Under the pieces are notes generated by a model that was not told where the DNA came from, did no database searches, and saw only the letters and a list, made by a program, of their open reading frames with translations. 64,000 bases of DNA from an uncultured Actinomycetes bacterium (GTDB taxonomy: Bacteria; Actinomycetota; Thermoleophilia; Gaiellales; JALYLC01), in NCBI GenBank assembly GCA_963743275.1, contig CAVUPB010000001.1, positions 7,776-71,775 on the forward strand, given 5' to 3'. Positions 26,249 to 34,579 of this stretch are shown here, in pieces. A program made the translations under genes and the position numbers. Within the stretch, counting starts at the first letter, position 1; every line of letters starts with the position of its first letter.

Positions 26249-29200
26249 CTAAGACGGGACGGCGAGGATCCGATCCCCCGCCACGCCGTGGAGGCGCGTG
26301 ACCTTCCCGCCGGGATAGCGCACGACGAGCGTGCGCACGCTGGTCGCGCTCCCGAGCCCGAAGAACACGCGCGGGTCCTCGGAGGAGAGGTAGCTGCTGC
26401 CGGCCTGCACCTGGCGCACGAGCGTGCGCCCGTCCGGCAGCTCGGCGCTGACGGTCGCGCCCGGGTGGAAGCCCTTGAGCGAGACCTCCAGCCAGTGCCC
26501 GGACGTGTTGTGGTTCTCGAGCAGCAGCAGCGGTCCGCCGACGGTGTTGACGGCGACGTCGACGTTGCCGTCGTTGTCGAAGTCGGCCGCCGCGACGCCG
26601 CGCCCGTTGACGCGCGGGGTCTGCGCGAGGCCGACGAGGCCGCCCGCGTTCGCGAACTGGCCCGGAAGGCCCTGGCCCGCGAGGTTCTCGAGCGCCTGCA
26701 CGGGGGCGGCGTCCTTCGCCAGGCTCATCACGGGGATCCCGCCGTTGGCGAGCACGAGATCGGGGTAGCCGTCGCGGTTGAGGTCGACCCACGAGTCGCC
26801 CCAGCCGGTGAAGTTCTTGCCGAAGGCCGGCGCGAAGCCGGGTCGCGCGCTCACGAACGCCCGCCCGCCCGCCGCGGCGGGCCGCGCCTGGAAGACCGCG
26901 TGCGTCTGGCCGCGCGAGTTGCTCACGAAGAGGTCGGTGGAGCCGTCCCCGCTGAAGTCGGCGGCGGCCACGCCCATGCCCGCGTTGGCGTCGGCGACGC
27001 CCATGCGCGGGGCGCGATCGACGAGGCGGAAGCCGAGGCCCTTCGGGTCGGCCTTCGCGCCTCCCGGCCACGGGACGTTCAGGTAGAGGCGGTTCGGATC
27101 CTCGTCGTTCGCGACGTAGAGGTCGAGACGGCCGTCGCCGTTGAAGTCGGAGAAGACGGCGCCGAGGCTGTGGTCGAAGTGCGACGCGGGCAGGCCCGCG
27201 GCGACGCTGACGTCGCGGAAGCGCGCGTGCCCGCGCCCGTCGGGCCCCTCGTTGAGGAAGAGCTCGCTGCGGACGCCCTCGTGGTTGCCCGGGAAACCGG
27301 CCACGGAGGTGGGGATCGGCGCGCCCATGTTCGTGTAGCCGGAGACGTAGAGATCGGGCCGGCCGTCGCCGTTCACATCGGCCACGGCGGCACCCGAGTG
27401 CCAGCCGAACGACGTGATGCCCGACGCGCGGGCGCCCTCGGTGAACGTCCCGTCGCCGTTGTTCCAGAGCAGCTTGTCGCCGACCGCGGAGGTGACGTAG
27501 AGGTCGGTGTGGCCGTCACCGTTGAAGTCGGCCGCGACGCAGCCCGTGCCGCGGATCTGCAGGTTCGCGCGCGAGCGCTTGCTGACGTCGGCGAACCTGC
27601 CGTGCAGGTTGTGGAAGAGCGCGCTGCGCGGCAGGCCGCCGTGCTTCTGCCAGGCGGGGATGTTCGCGTCGGCGTACGAGTTGACGACGAACAGGTCCAT
27701 CCAGCCGTCGCCGTCGTAGTCGAGCCAGCAGAGGCCGCCGCCCATCATCGCCGGCGCGTCGCTCGGGTCGGCGCCGAAGCGGAACGAGCCCTGGCGGAAG
27801 CGGAGGCCGACCTGCGCGGCGACGTCGCTGAGGCGGACGCCGGCGAAGCCGCGGGCTGCCGCGCGCGCCACCTGCGCGCTCACGACGGGCGTGGCGACCG
27901 CTGCCGGCGCGGCGGGGGCCGCGAGCGCGGCGATGCTCGCGTTGCGCGAGCGGACGATCCGGAAGCGGTCGCCCTGGAGCTGGAGGTCGAACGTCTGCAC
28001 GAACCGCGCCGGCTCGCCGGAGCTGGCGGCCAGGTCGGCGCTGCCCGCGTACGTCGTGAGCACGACGCGGCCGCGGCATTCGGCGACGACGACGGGCGGC
28101 GCCTGGCCCTTGCCGGGCTCGAGATGCACGCGGATGCGGTCGATCTCGTAGGTCGGCACGCGCACGCCGCGCGTCGGAGCGGTGCGGATCTGCGACTGCA
28201 GGCCGGCCAGCCACGCGCCGCTCGCCGCCGAGGACGCGCGCGTGACGTCGCGCAGGCGCAGCGCATCGGCCTGCGCGTGCAGGTCGGCGACGACGTCGCG
28301 GGCGATCCGCAGCGCCGTTCCCCGGCCGAGCTGCGCGGACACCCCGGTCGAGCGCGCGATGGTCACCTGCGGCATGCGCGAGACGACCGGCATGGCGGCG
28401 GCGGGGCCGGCCGCGCCCGCGCTCGTGCGCGCCGGCACCCCGGCGAGCAGCAGCAGGCCGATGAACGCCGCCGTCCCGCCGAGCGCGACGGCCCCCGTCC
28501 CGCGCCAGGTCGTGCGCAGCCGCAGCGCCGCGAGCCGGCGGCTGCGCGCCTCCGCGCCGGGCGCGAGCTCGAGCAGGGCCCGCACCGTGCAGGCCACCGC
28601 GAGCGCGCCCAGCAGCGCGACCTTGGTGGCGAACTCGGTGCGCTGCGGTGCGATCAGCAGCGCCGCCGCCAGGCCGATGCCGACCGCATAGAGCCGCCGC
28701 CCGAAGCGGCCGCCCGGGATCGTCTTCGGGTCGGTGATCATGAAGAACAGGAAGACGAGGAGCTCGGGCGACGACACGAGCACCCACCAGAAGTACGCGC
28801 CCGTGATCGGGCCGAGGTGCCAGCGCGCGGTCATCTCGTGCCCGCTCAGCGCGAGCACGCCCATCCCGGCGGCGAACGTGACCCAGAACAGCACGGCGAT
28901 GCCGAGCAGCCGCAGCCGCGAGAGGATCGCGAGTCCCCCGGCGACGATGATCGCGAGCGCGAGCAGCATCCACCCCGACATCGGCGCCCACCAGAAGTCG
29001 AGCGGTTCCGCCCGGCTCGAGCCGAGCAGGAGGAAGCACAGCACGAGACCGAAGTTCGACGGGTTGAAGATGTGCCGGCCGCGCATCCGGATGAGGTGCT
29101 TGGAGAGCAGCGAGATGCCGGCCACCCCCGCGAAGATCCACCAGCCGCGCAGCGTCCACCAGTCGCCGTGCTGGGTGCCCGGCACGCGCAGGATGAAGGC

Positions 29201-29476
29201 GACGCCGTTGCCGGTCAGGAGCGCGCTGGCCGGCCACATGATCACCTTGTGCCGCCAGAGCGCGATGCCGAACTCGAGCGCGGCCGACGTGAGCAGCGCG
29301 ACGAGGATCTGCGCGATCGAGAGCCGGAAGTCGAACGCGACCTGCCCGAGCACCTGCAGCGAGGTGATCGTCACCGCGAGATGCAGGCGCGGGTCGCGCG
29401 GCGACGGCAGCAGGACGGGATAGGCCCTGCCGCGGATTCGCACCGTCGGCTTACCGGCGAGGTCGGGCGCGCTCAT
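26249..29476 (-). CDS. Giant membrane protein: RnfD/NqrB-like polytopic N-domain + linker + FG-GAP/VCBS repeats + ASPIC/UnbV C-terminus (CRTAC1-like)
   Basis: ORF 26249..29476 (1075 aa). N-terminal part: HIFNPSNFGLV...FFMITDPKT. C-terminal part: repeated DxNGDGxxDL blocks (DYDGDGWMDLFV, DFNGDGHTDLYV, DVNGDGRPDLYV, DFNGDGRLDLYV, DFSGDGSTDLFV, DLNRDGYPDLVL, DFDNDGNVDVAV), then GSSYLSSEDPRVFFGLG. Confidence 0.8.
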   Translation of the reverse strand: MSAPDLAGKPTVRIRGRAYPVLLPSPRDPRLHLAVTITSLQVLGQVAFDFRLSIAQILVALLTSAALEFGIALWRHKVIMWPASALLTGNGVAFILRVPGTQHGDWWTLRGWWIFAGVAGISLLSKHLIRMRGRHIFNPSNFGLVLCFLLLGSSRAEPLDFWWAPMSGWMLLALAIIVAGGLAILSRLRLLGIAVLFWVTFAAGMGVLALSGHEMTARWHLGPITGAYFWWVLVSSPELLVFLFFMITDPKTIPGGRFGRRLYAVGIGLAAALLIAPQRTEFATKVALLGALAVACTVRALLELAPGAEARSRRLAALRLRTTWRGTGAVALGGTAAFIGLLLLAGVPARTSAGAAGPAAAMPVVSRMPQVTIARSTGVSAQLGRGTALRIARDVVADLHAQADALRLRDVTRASSAASGAWLAGLQSQIRTAPTRGVRVPTYEIDRIRVHLEPGKGQAPPVVVAECRGRVVLTTYAGSADLAASSGEPARFVQTFDLQLQGDRFRIVRSRNASIAALAAPAAPAAVATPVVSAQVARAAARGFAGVRLSDVAAQVGLRFRQGSFRFGADPSDAPAMMGGGLCWLDYDGDGWMDLFVVNSYADANIPAWQKHGGLPRSALFHNLHGRFADVSKRSRANLQIRGTGCVAADFNGDGHTDLYVTSAVGDKLLWNNGDGTFTEGARASGITSFGWHSGAAVADVNGDGRPDLYVSGYTNMGAPIPTSVAGFPGNHEGVRSELFLNEGPDGRGHARFRDVSVAAGLPASHFDHSLGAVFSDFNGDGRLDLYVANDEDPNRLYLNVPWPGGAKADPKGLGFRLVDRAPRMGVADANAGMGVAAADFSGDGSTDLFVSNSRGQTHAVFQARPAAAGGRAFVSARPGFAPAFGKNFTGWGDSWVDLNRDGYPDLVLANGGIPVMSLAKDAAPVQALENLAGQGLPGQFANAGGLVGLAQTPRVNGRGVAAADFDNDGNVDVAVNTVGGPLLLLENHNTSGHWLEVSLKGFHPGATVSAELPDGRTLVRQVQAGSSYLSSEDPRVFFGLGSATSVRTLVVRYPGGKVTRLHGVAGDRILAVPS

Positions 29477-29488
29477 GCCACCGCAATG

Positions 29489-29701
29489 CTACTCCCGTGC
29501 GGGCGAATCGCCCTCTCCGCGCGCGCGTGCGGCGAGGTGGCGCAGGAGTTCCGGATCGCTCGACCGCAACGTGTCGACGGGCTCGCCGTGGCAGGTGCAC
29601 AGCTCGACCACCGCCAGGCGCTCGCTCAGGATCTGGACGCGCCAGGTCGCGCCGGAGGCCTCCCAGCGCTGGAGCACCGCAAGGGGCGCGTCGCCGCTCA
29701 C
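29489..29701 (-). CDS. Small hypothetical protein (about 70 aa)
   Basis: GTG 29701 overlaps the cupin stop (GTGA): VSGDAPLAVLQRWEASGATWRVQILSERLAVVELCTCHGEPVDTLRSSDPELLRHL... GC3-biased. No family recognised. Confidence 0.45.
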   Translation of the reverse strand: MSGDAPLAVLQRWEASGATWRVQILSERLAVVELCTCHGEPVDTLRSSDPELLRHLAARARGEGDSPARE

Positions 29702-30024
29702 CGCGCCGCCGGCAGGAGCGGGCCGCGGCGCCGGTGGACCGAGAGGTAGCGCACGCCGTCCCCACCGGCGGTGATGGCGCGCGTGCAGCCGCGCGGGAGG
29801 AGCAGGAGATTGCCCGTCGCGAGCTCGTGCTCGGCGCCGTCGAGCGTGACGCGGGCCGAGCCGCCGAGGATGACGAGGAGCACCTCGAGGTGGTCGTTCA
29901 CGTGCTCGGCGACGCCGCCGCCCGGCGGCCACGCGAGCAGCGTCGCGTTGAGCTCGTCGGACTGCATGCCCCAGAGCGGTCCGGCGCCGCCCGGGGCGGC
30001 GGCGAGATCGACGGGAGCGCTCAC
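29698..30024 (-). CDS. Cupin-domain protein
   Basis: ORF 29698..30024: GGGVAEHVNDHLEVLLVILGGSARVTLDGAEHELATGNLLLLPRG (cupin motifs). Confidence 0.75.
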   Translation of the reverse strand: MSAPVDLAAAPGGAGPLWGMQSDELNATLLAWPPGGGVAEHVNDHLEVLLVILGGSARVTLDGAEHELATGNLLLLPRGCTRAITAGGDGVRYLSVHRRRGPLLPAAR

Positions 30025-30063
30025 AGCACGCCCACCCTAGCGCCGCCGGGGACCCGAGGCGGA

Positions 30064-30645
30064 TCAGGCTTCGCGAATCGTGTGATCGAGCAGCTCCTGG
30101 CGGCCGTGCTGAGGCTCGCGGCGAAGCTCCCCTTCGGGCCCGGCGCGGTACTGCCCGACCTCGAGGAGCGGCGGGGAGTACGCGTGCAGGGTCACGGCGG
30201 GCGCGCCCGACCGGTGCCTCACCGAGTGGATGTACCCGGCCGCGCCGAGCCGGACGGGGCCAGGTACGAGCTCGCGCTCGAGACTCGCCGCGCCGACCCG
30301 TACCTGCCGCTCGAGCACGGATCCCCGAAGCGCCGTGAGGGCGACGCCCGACGCGCCGTGGTCGTGATAGCCCGTGGCCTGGCCCGGCATCCAGCTGAGC
30401 ACCCAGACATCGAGGCGCGCGTCCTCGAACAGCAGCCGGTAGCGCCTGCGCGTGCCGTCGCGCACCACCAGCGGCTGCCACAGATCGGGCCTGGCGGCGA
30501 GGACCGACACGAGCGCGCCGAGCTCCTCGCACGCGAGCACGTCGCCGCCGTAGCGCGCGGCTGCGACGCCCGCGGCCTCTGCGAGCTCGGCGGGCGGGGT
30601 CGTCACGTCGTGCCATTCGCGCGGCAGCAGCTCGAGGGTCGTCAT
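30064..30645 (-). CDS. Cysteine dioxygenase type I-like cupin
   Basis: ORF 30064..30645: LDVWVLSWMPGQATGYHDHGASG...GYIHSVRH...VTLHAYSPPL, matching the CDO-type W-x-PGQ-x3-HDH pattern as I recall it. Confidence 0.7.
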   Translation of the reverse strand: MTTLELLPREWHDVTTPPAELAEAAGVAAARYGGDVLACEELGALVSVLAARPDLWQPLVVRDGTRRRYRLLFEDARLDVWVLSWMPGQATGYHDHGASGVALTALRGSVLERQVRVGAASLERELVPGPVRLGAAGYIHSVRHRSGAPAVTLHAYSPPLLEVGQYRAGPEGELRREPQHGRQELLDHTIREA

Positions 30646-30875
30646 CGGAGGCCCGCTTCCTGCTGCACGAACGCGCGCAGCGACTCGTGTTCCTCGCGGC
30701 AGGCCGGGCAGCCGGCGAGATGCGTCCGCATGCCCGGCGTCGACGCATCGGCGTCGCCGCCGTCGATCTGCAACTCGACATAGCTGTCGAGCAGGTCGAA
30801 GCAGCGGTCGCAGTCGATCTGATGACCGGACGGGCCGAGCAGCGCCGCCACGACGGGCGGGGTCGGAAGCGTCAT
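30642..30875 (-). CDS. Small soluble zinc-finger (zf-HC2 / ZAS-type) anti-sigma factor
   Basis: ORF 30642..30875: HLAGCPACREEHESL (H-x3-C-x2-C) plus an extra CDRC pair. No TM segment. ATGA overlaps with both the sigma gene and the CDO-like gene. Confidence 0.7.
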   Translation of the reverse strand: MTLPTPPVVAALLGPSGHQIDCDRCFDLLDSYVELQIDGGDADASTPGMRTHLAGCPACREEHESLRAFVQQEAGLR

Positions 30876-31543
30876 GTGATCGTCTCCTCGGGGTCGACGA
30901 GCCGCCGGAGGCGCGTGCGCGCGTCGTGCAGCGTCTTGTAGAGCGCGTTGCGGTTGGTCGAGAGACGTTCGGCCAGCACGTCGATCGGCACCCCGTCGAC
31001 TGCCAGCGCGAGCAGCACGTCCCGCTGATGGGGCGTGAGAAGCTGGATCGCCTCGCGGATCCGGCCGAGCAACGCGCGCGTCTGCGCGGACTCGGCGGGA
31101 CCCTGAGCGAGATCGGCGAGCTTCTCGAGGGCCTCGCCCGAGGTCTCGGCCACGGCGCGATTGCGCCAGGCGTGGCGCCGCACCGCGACGCCCGCCGTGT
31201 GGATGGCGAACTTGTAGGCCCAGGTCGTGAAGCGGCTCCGCCCCTCGAAGCGGTCGAGCCGCGCGAGCACGGCGAGCAACGCGTCGTCGGCGGCCTGTTC
31301 GGCGATGTCGTCGAGCTCGGAGCCGGCGGTCAGACCGAACGCGGCGGCCCTGCGGCGCACCTCGAACCGGCTCGCCCGCACGAGCAGCGCGTGCAGGTCC
31401 TGGACCGCCCTGTCGTGCACCGCGCCCGTCGCCGTGAGAGGGCCCAGCCAGATCGTGCGGTCGTCGGCGCGCGTCACAGCCTGAGCATGCAGCACCGCGC
31501 GCGACGCGGCGGCGCGCGGTGCGAGGGGTTGCAGGACGGCCAT
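30872..31543 (-). CDS. ECF-type sigma-70 family RNA polymerase sigma factor
   Basis: ORF 30872..31543: region 2 DDIAEQAADDALLAVLARLDRFEGRSRFTTWAYKFAI; region 4 LTPHQRDVLLALAVDGVPIDVLAERLSTNRNALYKTLHDARTRLR. Confidence 0.85.
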   Translation of the reverse strand: MAVLQPLAPRAAASRAVLHAQAVTRADDRTIWLGPLTATGAVHDRAVQDLHALLVRASRFEVRRRAAAFGLTAGSELDDIAEQAADDALLAVLARLDRFEGRSRFTTWAYKFAIHTAGVAVRRHAWRNRAVAETSGEALEKLADLAQGPAESAQTRALLGRIREAIQLLTPHQRDVLLALAVDGVPIDVLAERLSTNRNALYKTLHDARTRLRRLVDPEETIT

Positions 31544-31723
31544 GCGTCAGACCCGGATCGCAGCGGCGGTCGTGAAGCCGAGGCGCAGCAGGCCGAACAC
31601 CTGGCGTGCCGCCAGGCCCATCCGCGTGTCCATCGTCACTCCCTCCATGGCTTGGCCCATGTCAGGTGAGTGTCGGGCGCCGGCGGATCCTTACCCCGCC
31701 CGCGCGGCGGCGGGCGCCGTTCC

Positions 31724-32194
31724 TCAGCGCAGCGGGATCGACGTGCGGTCGCCGGCCGGGCGCGGCCCGTCGATCCGGCGCTCGCCCGCCGCGATCGCGA
31801 CGTCGTTGATGGACGCCTCGCGGCGGCGCATGAGGCCGTGCTCGTCGAACTCCCAGTTCTCGTTGCCGTACGAGCGCCACCACTGCCCGCCGGCGTCGTG
31901 CCATTCGTACTGGAAGCGCACGGCGATGCGGTCGCCGCTGAACGCCCACAGGTCCTTGCGCAGGACGTAGTCGAGCTCGCGCTGCCACTTGCGCGCAAGG
32001 AACGCGCGGATCTCGTCACGGCCCGTGAGGAACTCGTCGCGGTTGCGCCACTGCGAGTCCTCCGTGTAGGCGAGGACGACGCGGTCGGGGTCGCGCGTGT
32101 TCCAGGCGTCCTCGGCCGCCTGCACCTTCTGGCGCGCGCTCTCCTCGCCGAAGGGCGGGAAGGGCGGGCGCGGGGCCGGCGGGGAGGGCGCCAT
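31724..32194 (-). CDS. DUF1348 / NTF2-like family protein
   Basis: ATG 32194 inside ORF 31724..32875: [74 protein letters not shown]...GNENWEF. Confidence 0.8.
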   Translation of the reverse strand: MAPSPPAPRPPFPPFGEESARQKVQAAEDAWNTRDPDRVVLAYTEDSQWRNRDEFLTGRDEIRAFLARKWQRELDYVLRKDLWAFSGDRIAVRFQYEWHDAGGQWWRSYGNENWEFDEHGLMRRREASINDVAIAAGERRIDGPRPAGDRTSIPLR

Positions 32195-32275
32195 CGCCGC
32201 GAGTCTACCGCCGCCGCTTGCTAGGTTCGGGGGCGCGCCCGCGCCCGCGACGCCCCGACCGCACAGGAGAACCCG

Positions 32276-32890
32276 ATGCCCCTGCTCGAGCTGACGCCCG
32301 ATGAGCTGCTGTCGACGACGCGCGCCGTGCGCAAGCGGCTCGACCTGACGCGGCCCGTGGAGCGGGAGGTGCTCGAGGAGTGCGTGCGCATCGCGGTGCA
32401 GGCGCCGACGTCGACGAACACCCAGAACTGGCACTTCGTCGTCGTCACCGACGAGGCCCGCCGCAGGGCGCTGGCCGAGCTCTACCTGCGCTCGTGGATC
32501 CCGTACAACGGCGGCAAGCCGCCGCAGGACTCGGAGGACGCGACCGGCTCGAGCCACCTGGCCGCGCACCTGCACGAGGTTCCGGCGCACGTCATCCCGT
32601 GCATCACCGGCCGGCCCGAGGGCCTGGCGCCCGCCGACCTGGCCTGGTTCTACGGCTCGATCATCCAGGCCGGGTGGAGCTTCCAGCTCGCCGCGCGCGC
32701 CCGCGGCCTCGGCAGCGTGTGGACGACGCATCACCTCGACTACGAGCGCGAGGCCGCCGAGCTGCTCGGCATCCCGTTCGACGAGGTCACGCAGGTCGCG
32801 CTGCTCCCGGTCGCCCACACGATCGGCACCGACTTCAAGCCGGCCAGGCGCAACCCGCTCGAAACCGTCCTGCACTGGCAGGCCTGGTAG
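32276..32890 (+). CDS. Nitroreductase-family protein
   Basis: ORF 32276..32890: [43 protein letters not shown]...[25 protein letters not shown]. Confidence 0.85.
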   Translation: MPLLELTPDELLSTTRAVRKRLDLTRPVEREVLEECVRIAVQAPTSTNTQNWHFVVVTDEARRRALAELYLRSWIPYNGGKPPQDSEDATGSSHLAAHLHEVPAHVIPCITGRPEGLAPADLAWFYGSIIQAGWSFQLAARARGLGSVWTTHHLDYEREAAELLGIPFDEVTQVALLPVAHTIGTDFKPARRNPLETVLHWQAW

Positions 32891-32893
32891 CGC

Positions 32894-33181
32894 TCAGCGG
32901 GACAGCGCCCGCCCGACCTTCGCGAGCTCGCGCGTCTCGTCGTAGTCGAACAGGTCCTGCCCGATGCCCACCGCACGCACGCGCGGCCGTGCGTCGCCGA
33001 TCAGCTCGAGCAGCGTCTCCGTGAAGAGCCCCGCACCCGGCGTGACCGGATAGTCCTCGTCGCGCGGCTTGTCGGGCCGCCCGCCCCACTCGTCGCTCGC
33101 CGCCGTCAGCTCGACGCCCATCGTCGGGCTGCCGTCGATGCCGAGCACGACGACGCGCGCGCCGGCCGCGAGGGTCGTCAC
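32894..33181 (-). CDS. Small hypothetical protein (about 95 aa), last gene of the hydantoinase operon
   Basis: GTG 33181 overlaps the upstream stop (GTGA): VTTLAAGARVVVLGIDGSPTMGVELTAASDEWGGRPDKPRDEDYPVTPGAGLF... GC3-biased. No family recognised. Confidence 0.45.
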   Translation of the reverse strand: MTTLAAGARVVVLGIDGSPTMGVELTAASDEWGGRPDKPRDEDYPVTPGAGLFTETLLELIGDARPRVRAVGIGQDLFDYDETRELAKVGRALSR

Positions 33182-34575
33182 GTGCGGGCCGCGCCGAGCG
33201 CGTAGTCGCCGTGGCAGGAGAGGAAGCGGCCCCAGCCGGGGGCGCCCGTGATCGCGCCGTCCGCGTAGACGGTCTCGCCGCGCACGAGCGTGCGCACGAC
33301 GCGCGCCCGCGCGCGCCGCCCGTCGAACGGCGACCACGGGTTCTTGGAGAACTGCTGGGAGGCCGCGTCGACCTGCCACTCGCGCTCGAGGTCGTAGAGC
33401 ACGACGTCGGCGTCGGCGCCCGGCAGCAGCGTCCCCTTGCGCGGGTACATGCCGGCGATCCGCGCGGCGTTCGCCGACGAGAAGCGCACGAAGGCCTCGA
33501 GCGGGAGCCCGCGCCGGTGGAAGGCCTCGTCGAGCACGAGCGGCACCGTCTCCTGCATCACCTGGCAGCCGAGCGGCGCGCGGAAGATGTCGTCGTGGCC
33601 CGCGTCCTTCTCCGCGCGCGTGTACGCGGAGTGATCCGAGACCAGGCAGTCGGCCGTGCCGTCGAGCACGGAGTCCCAGAGCCGCTCGACGAGCGCGCGC
33701 TCGCGCAGCGCGGGCGCGCACACGCCGTAGGGCCCCAGGCGCACGAGGTCGTCGAGGTCGAGCAGCAGGTGGTGCGGGCAGATCTCCATCGACACCGGGC
33801 GCCCGCGGCGCTTCTCGTCGCGCACGAGGCCGGCGCTCACGGGGCTCGACACGTGCACGATCTGGATCCGCACGCCGGCGTGCGCCGCCAGGTAGAGCGC
33901 CCGGTGGACGGCCTCCTCCTCGACGAACGGCGGCCGCGACTCGTGGTGGGCGAGCGGGTCGCGGCGGCCCGCGGCGCGCATGCGCGCGATCCCGGCCTGC
34001 AGCAGCGCGTCGTTCTCGGCGTGCACGAGCACGAGCCCGCCGACGGCCGCGACCTCGCGCATGCCGGCGAGGAACTGGGCGTCGTCGACGTGCGGATACG
34101 ACGGGTCCGAGACCGGCATGAAGGCCTTGAAGCCGATCGCGCCCTCGGCGTGCTGGCCGGCGATCTCGGGGATCGACGGCGCGGTGAGCGCGCCCCAGAG
34201 CCCGAAGTCGACGACGACCTTGCGCGCCGCCAGCTCGCGCTTCTCGCGGTAGAGCGCCGTCGTCGTGACGGGCGGATAGGTGAGCGGGTGCTCGATCACC
34301 GTCGTGATGCCACCCGCCGCGGCCGCCATCGTCCCGCTCGTGAAGTCCTCGCGCTCCGTGTGCCCGGGGTCCTCGAAATGCGCGTGCATGTCGATCGCGC
34401 CCGGCAGCACGAAAAGCCCGGTGGCGTCGATCCGCTCGTCGGCGGGCCCGCCCTCGCCGGGCCGTGCGAGCGCGGCGATGCGCTCGCCCTCGATCACGAT
34501 GTCGGCCGCGAAGACCGCCGACTCGGTCGCCACGGTGCCGCCCGCGATCAGCGTCCGCTGCGCGCTCGCCGCCAT
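33178..34575 (-). CDS. Cyclic amidohydrolase (allantoinase / dihydropyrimidinase / hydantoinase family)
   Basis: ORF 33178..34575: VLPGAIDMHAHFEDPG...GFKAFM...VLVHAEN...IVHVSS...VSDHSAY (metal-ligand pattern of the family). Confidence 0.85.
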   Translation of the reverse strand: MAASAQRTLIAGGTVATESAVFAADIVIEGERIAALARPGEGGPADERIDATGLFVLPGAIDMHAHFEDPGHTEREDFTSGTMAAAAGGITTVIEHPLTYPPVTTTALYREKRELAARKVVVDFGLWGALTAPSIPEIAGQHAEGAIGFKAFMPVSDPSYPHVDDAQFLAGMREVAAVGGLVLVHAENDALLQAGIARMRAAGRRDPLAHHESRPPFVEEEAVHRALYLAAHAGVRIQIVHVSSPVSAGLVRDEKRRGRPVSMEICPHHLLLDLDDLVRLGPYGVCAPALRERALVERLWDSVLDGTADCLVSDHSAYTRAEKDAGHDDIFRAPLGCQVMQETVPLVLDEAFHRRGLPLEAFVRFSSANAARIAGMYPRKGTLLPGADADVVLYDLEREWQVDAASQQFSKNPWSPFDGRRARARVVRTLVRGETVYADGAITGAPGWGRFLSCHGDYALGAART

Positions 34576-34579
34576 CCGG

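Noticed and set aside
24650-29749. 1699-aa plus-strand ORF
   Set aside because: Same artefact type. It runs antisense to marR, the SnoaL-like gene and the 1075-aa FG-GAP gene, and its translation is dominated by R/A/G/E/D runs.
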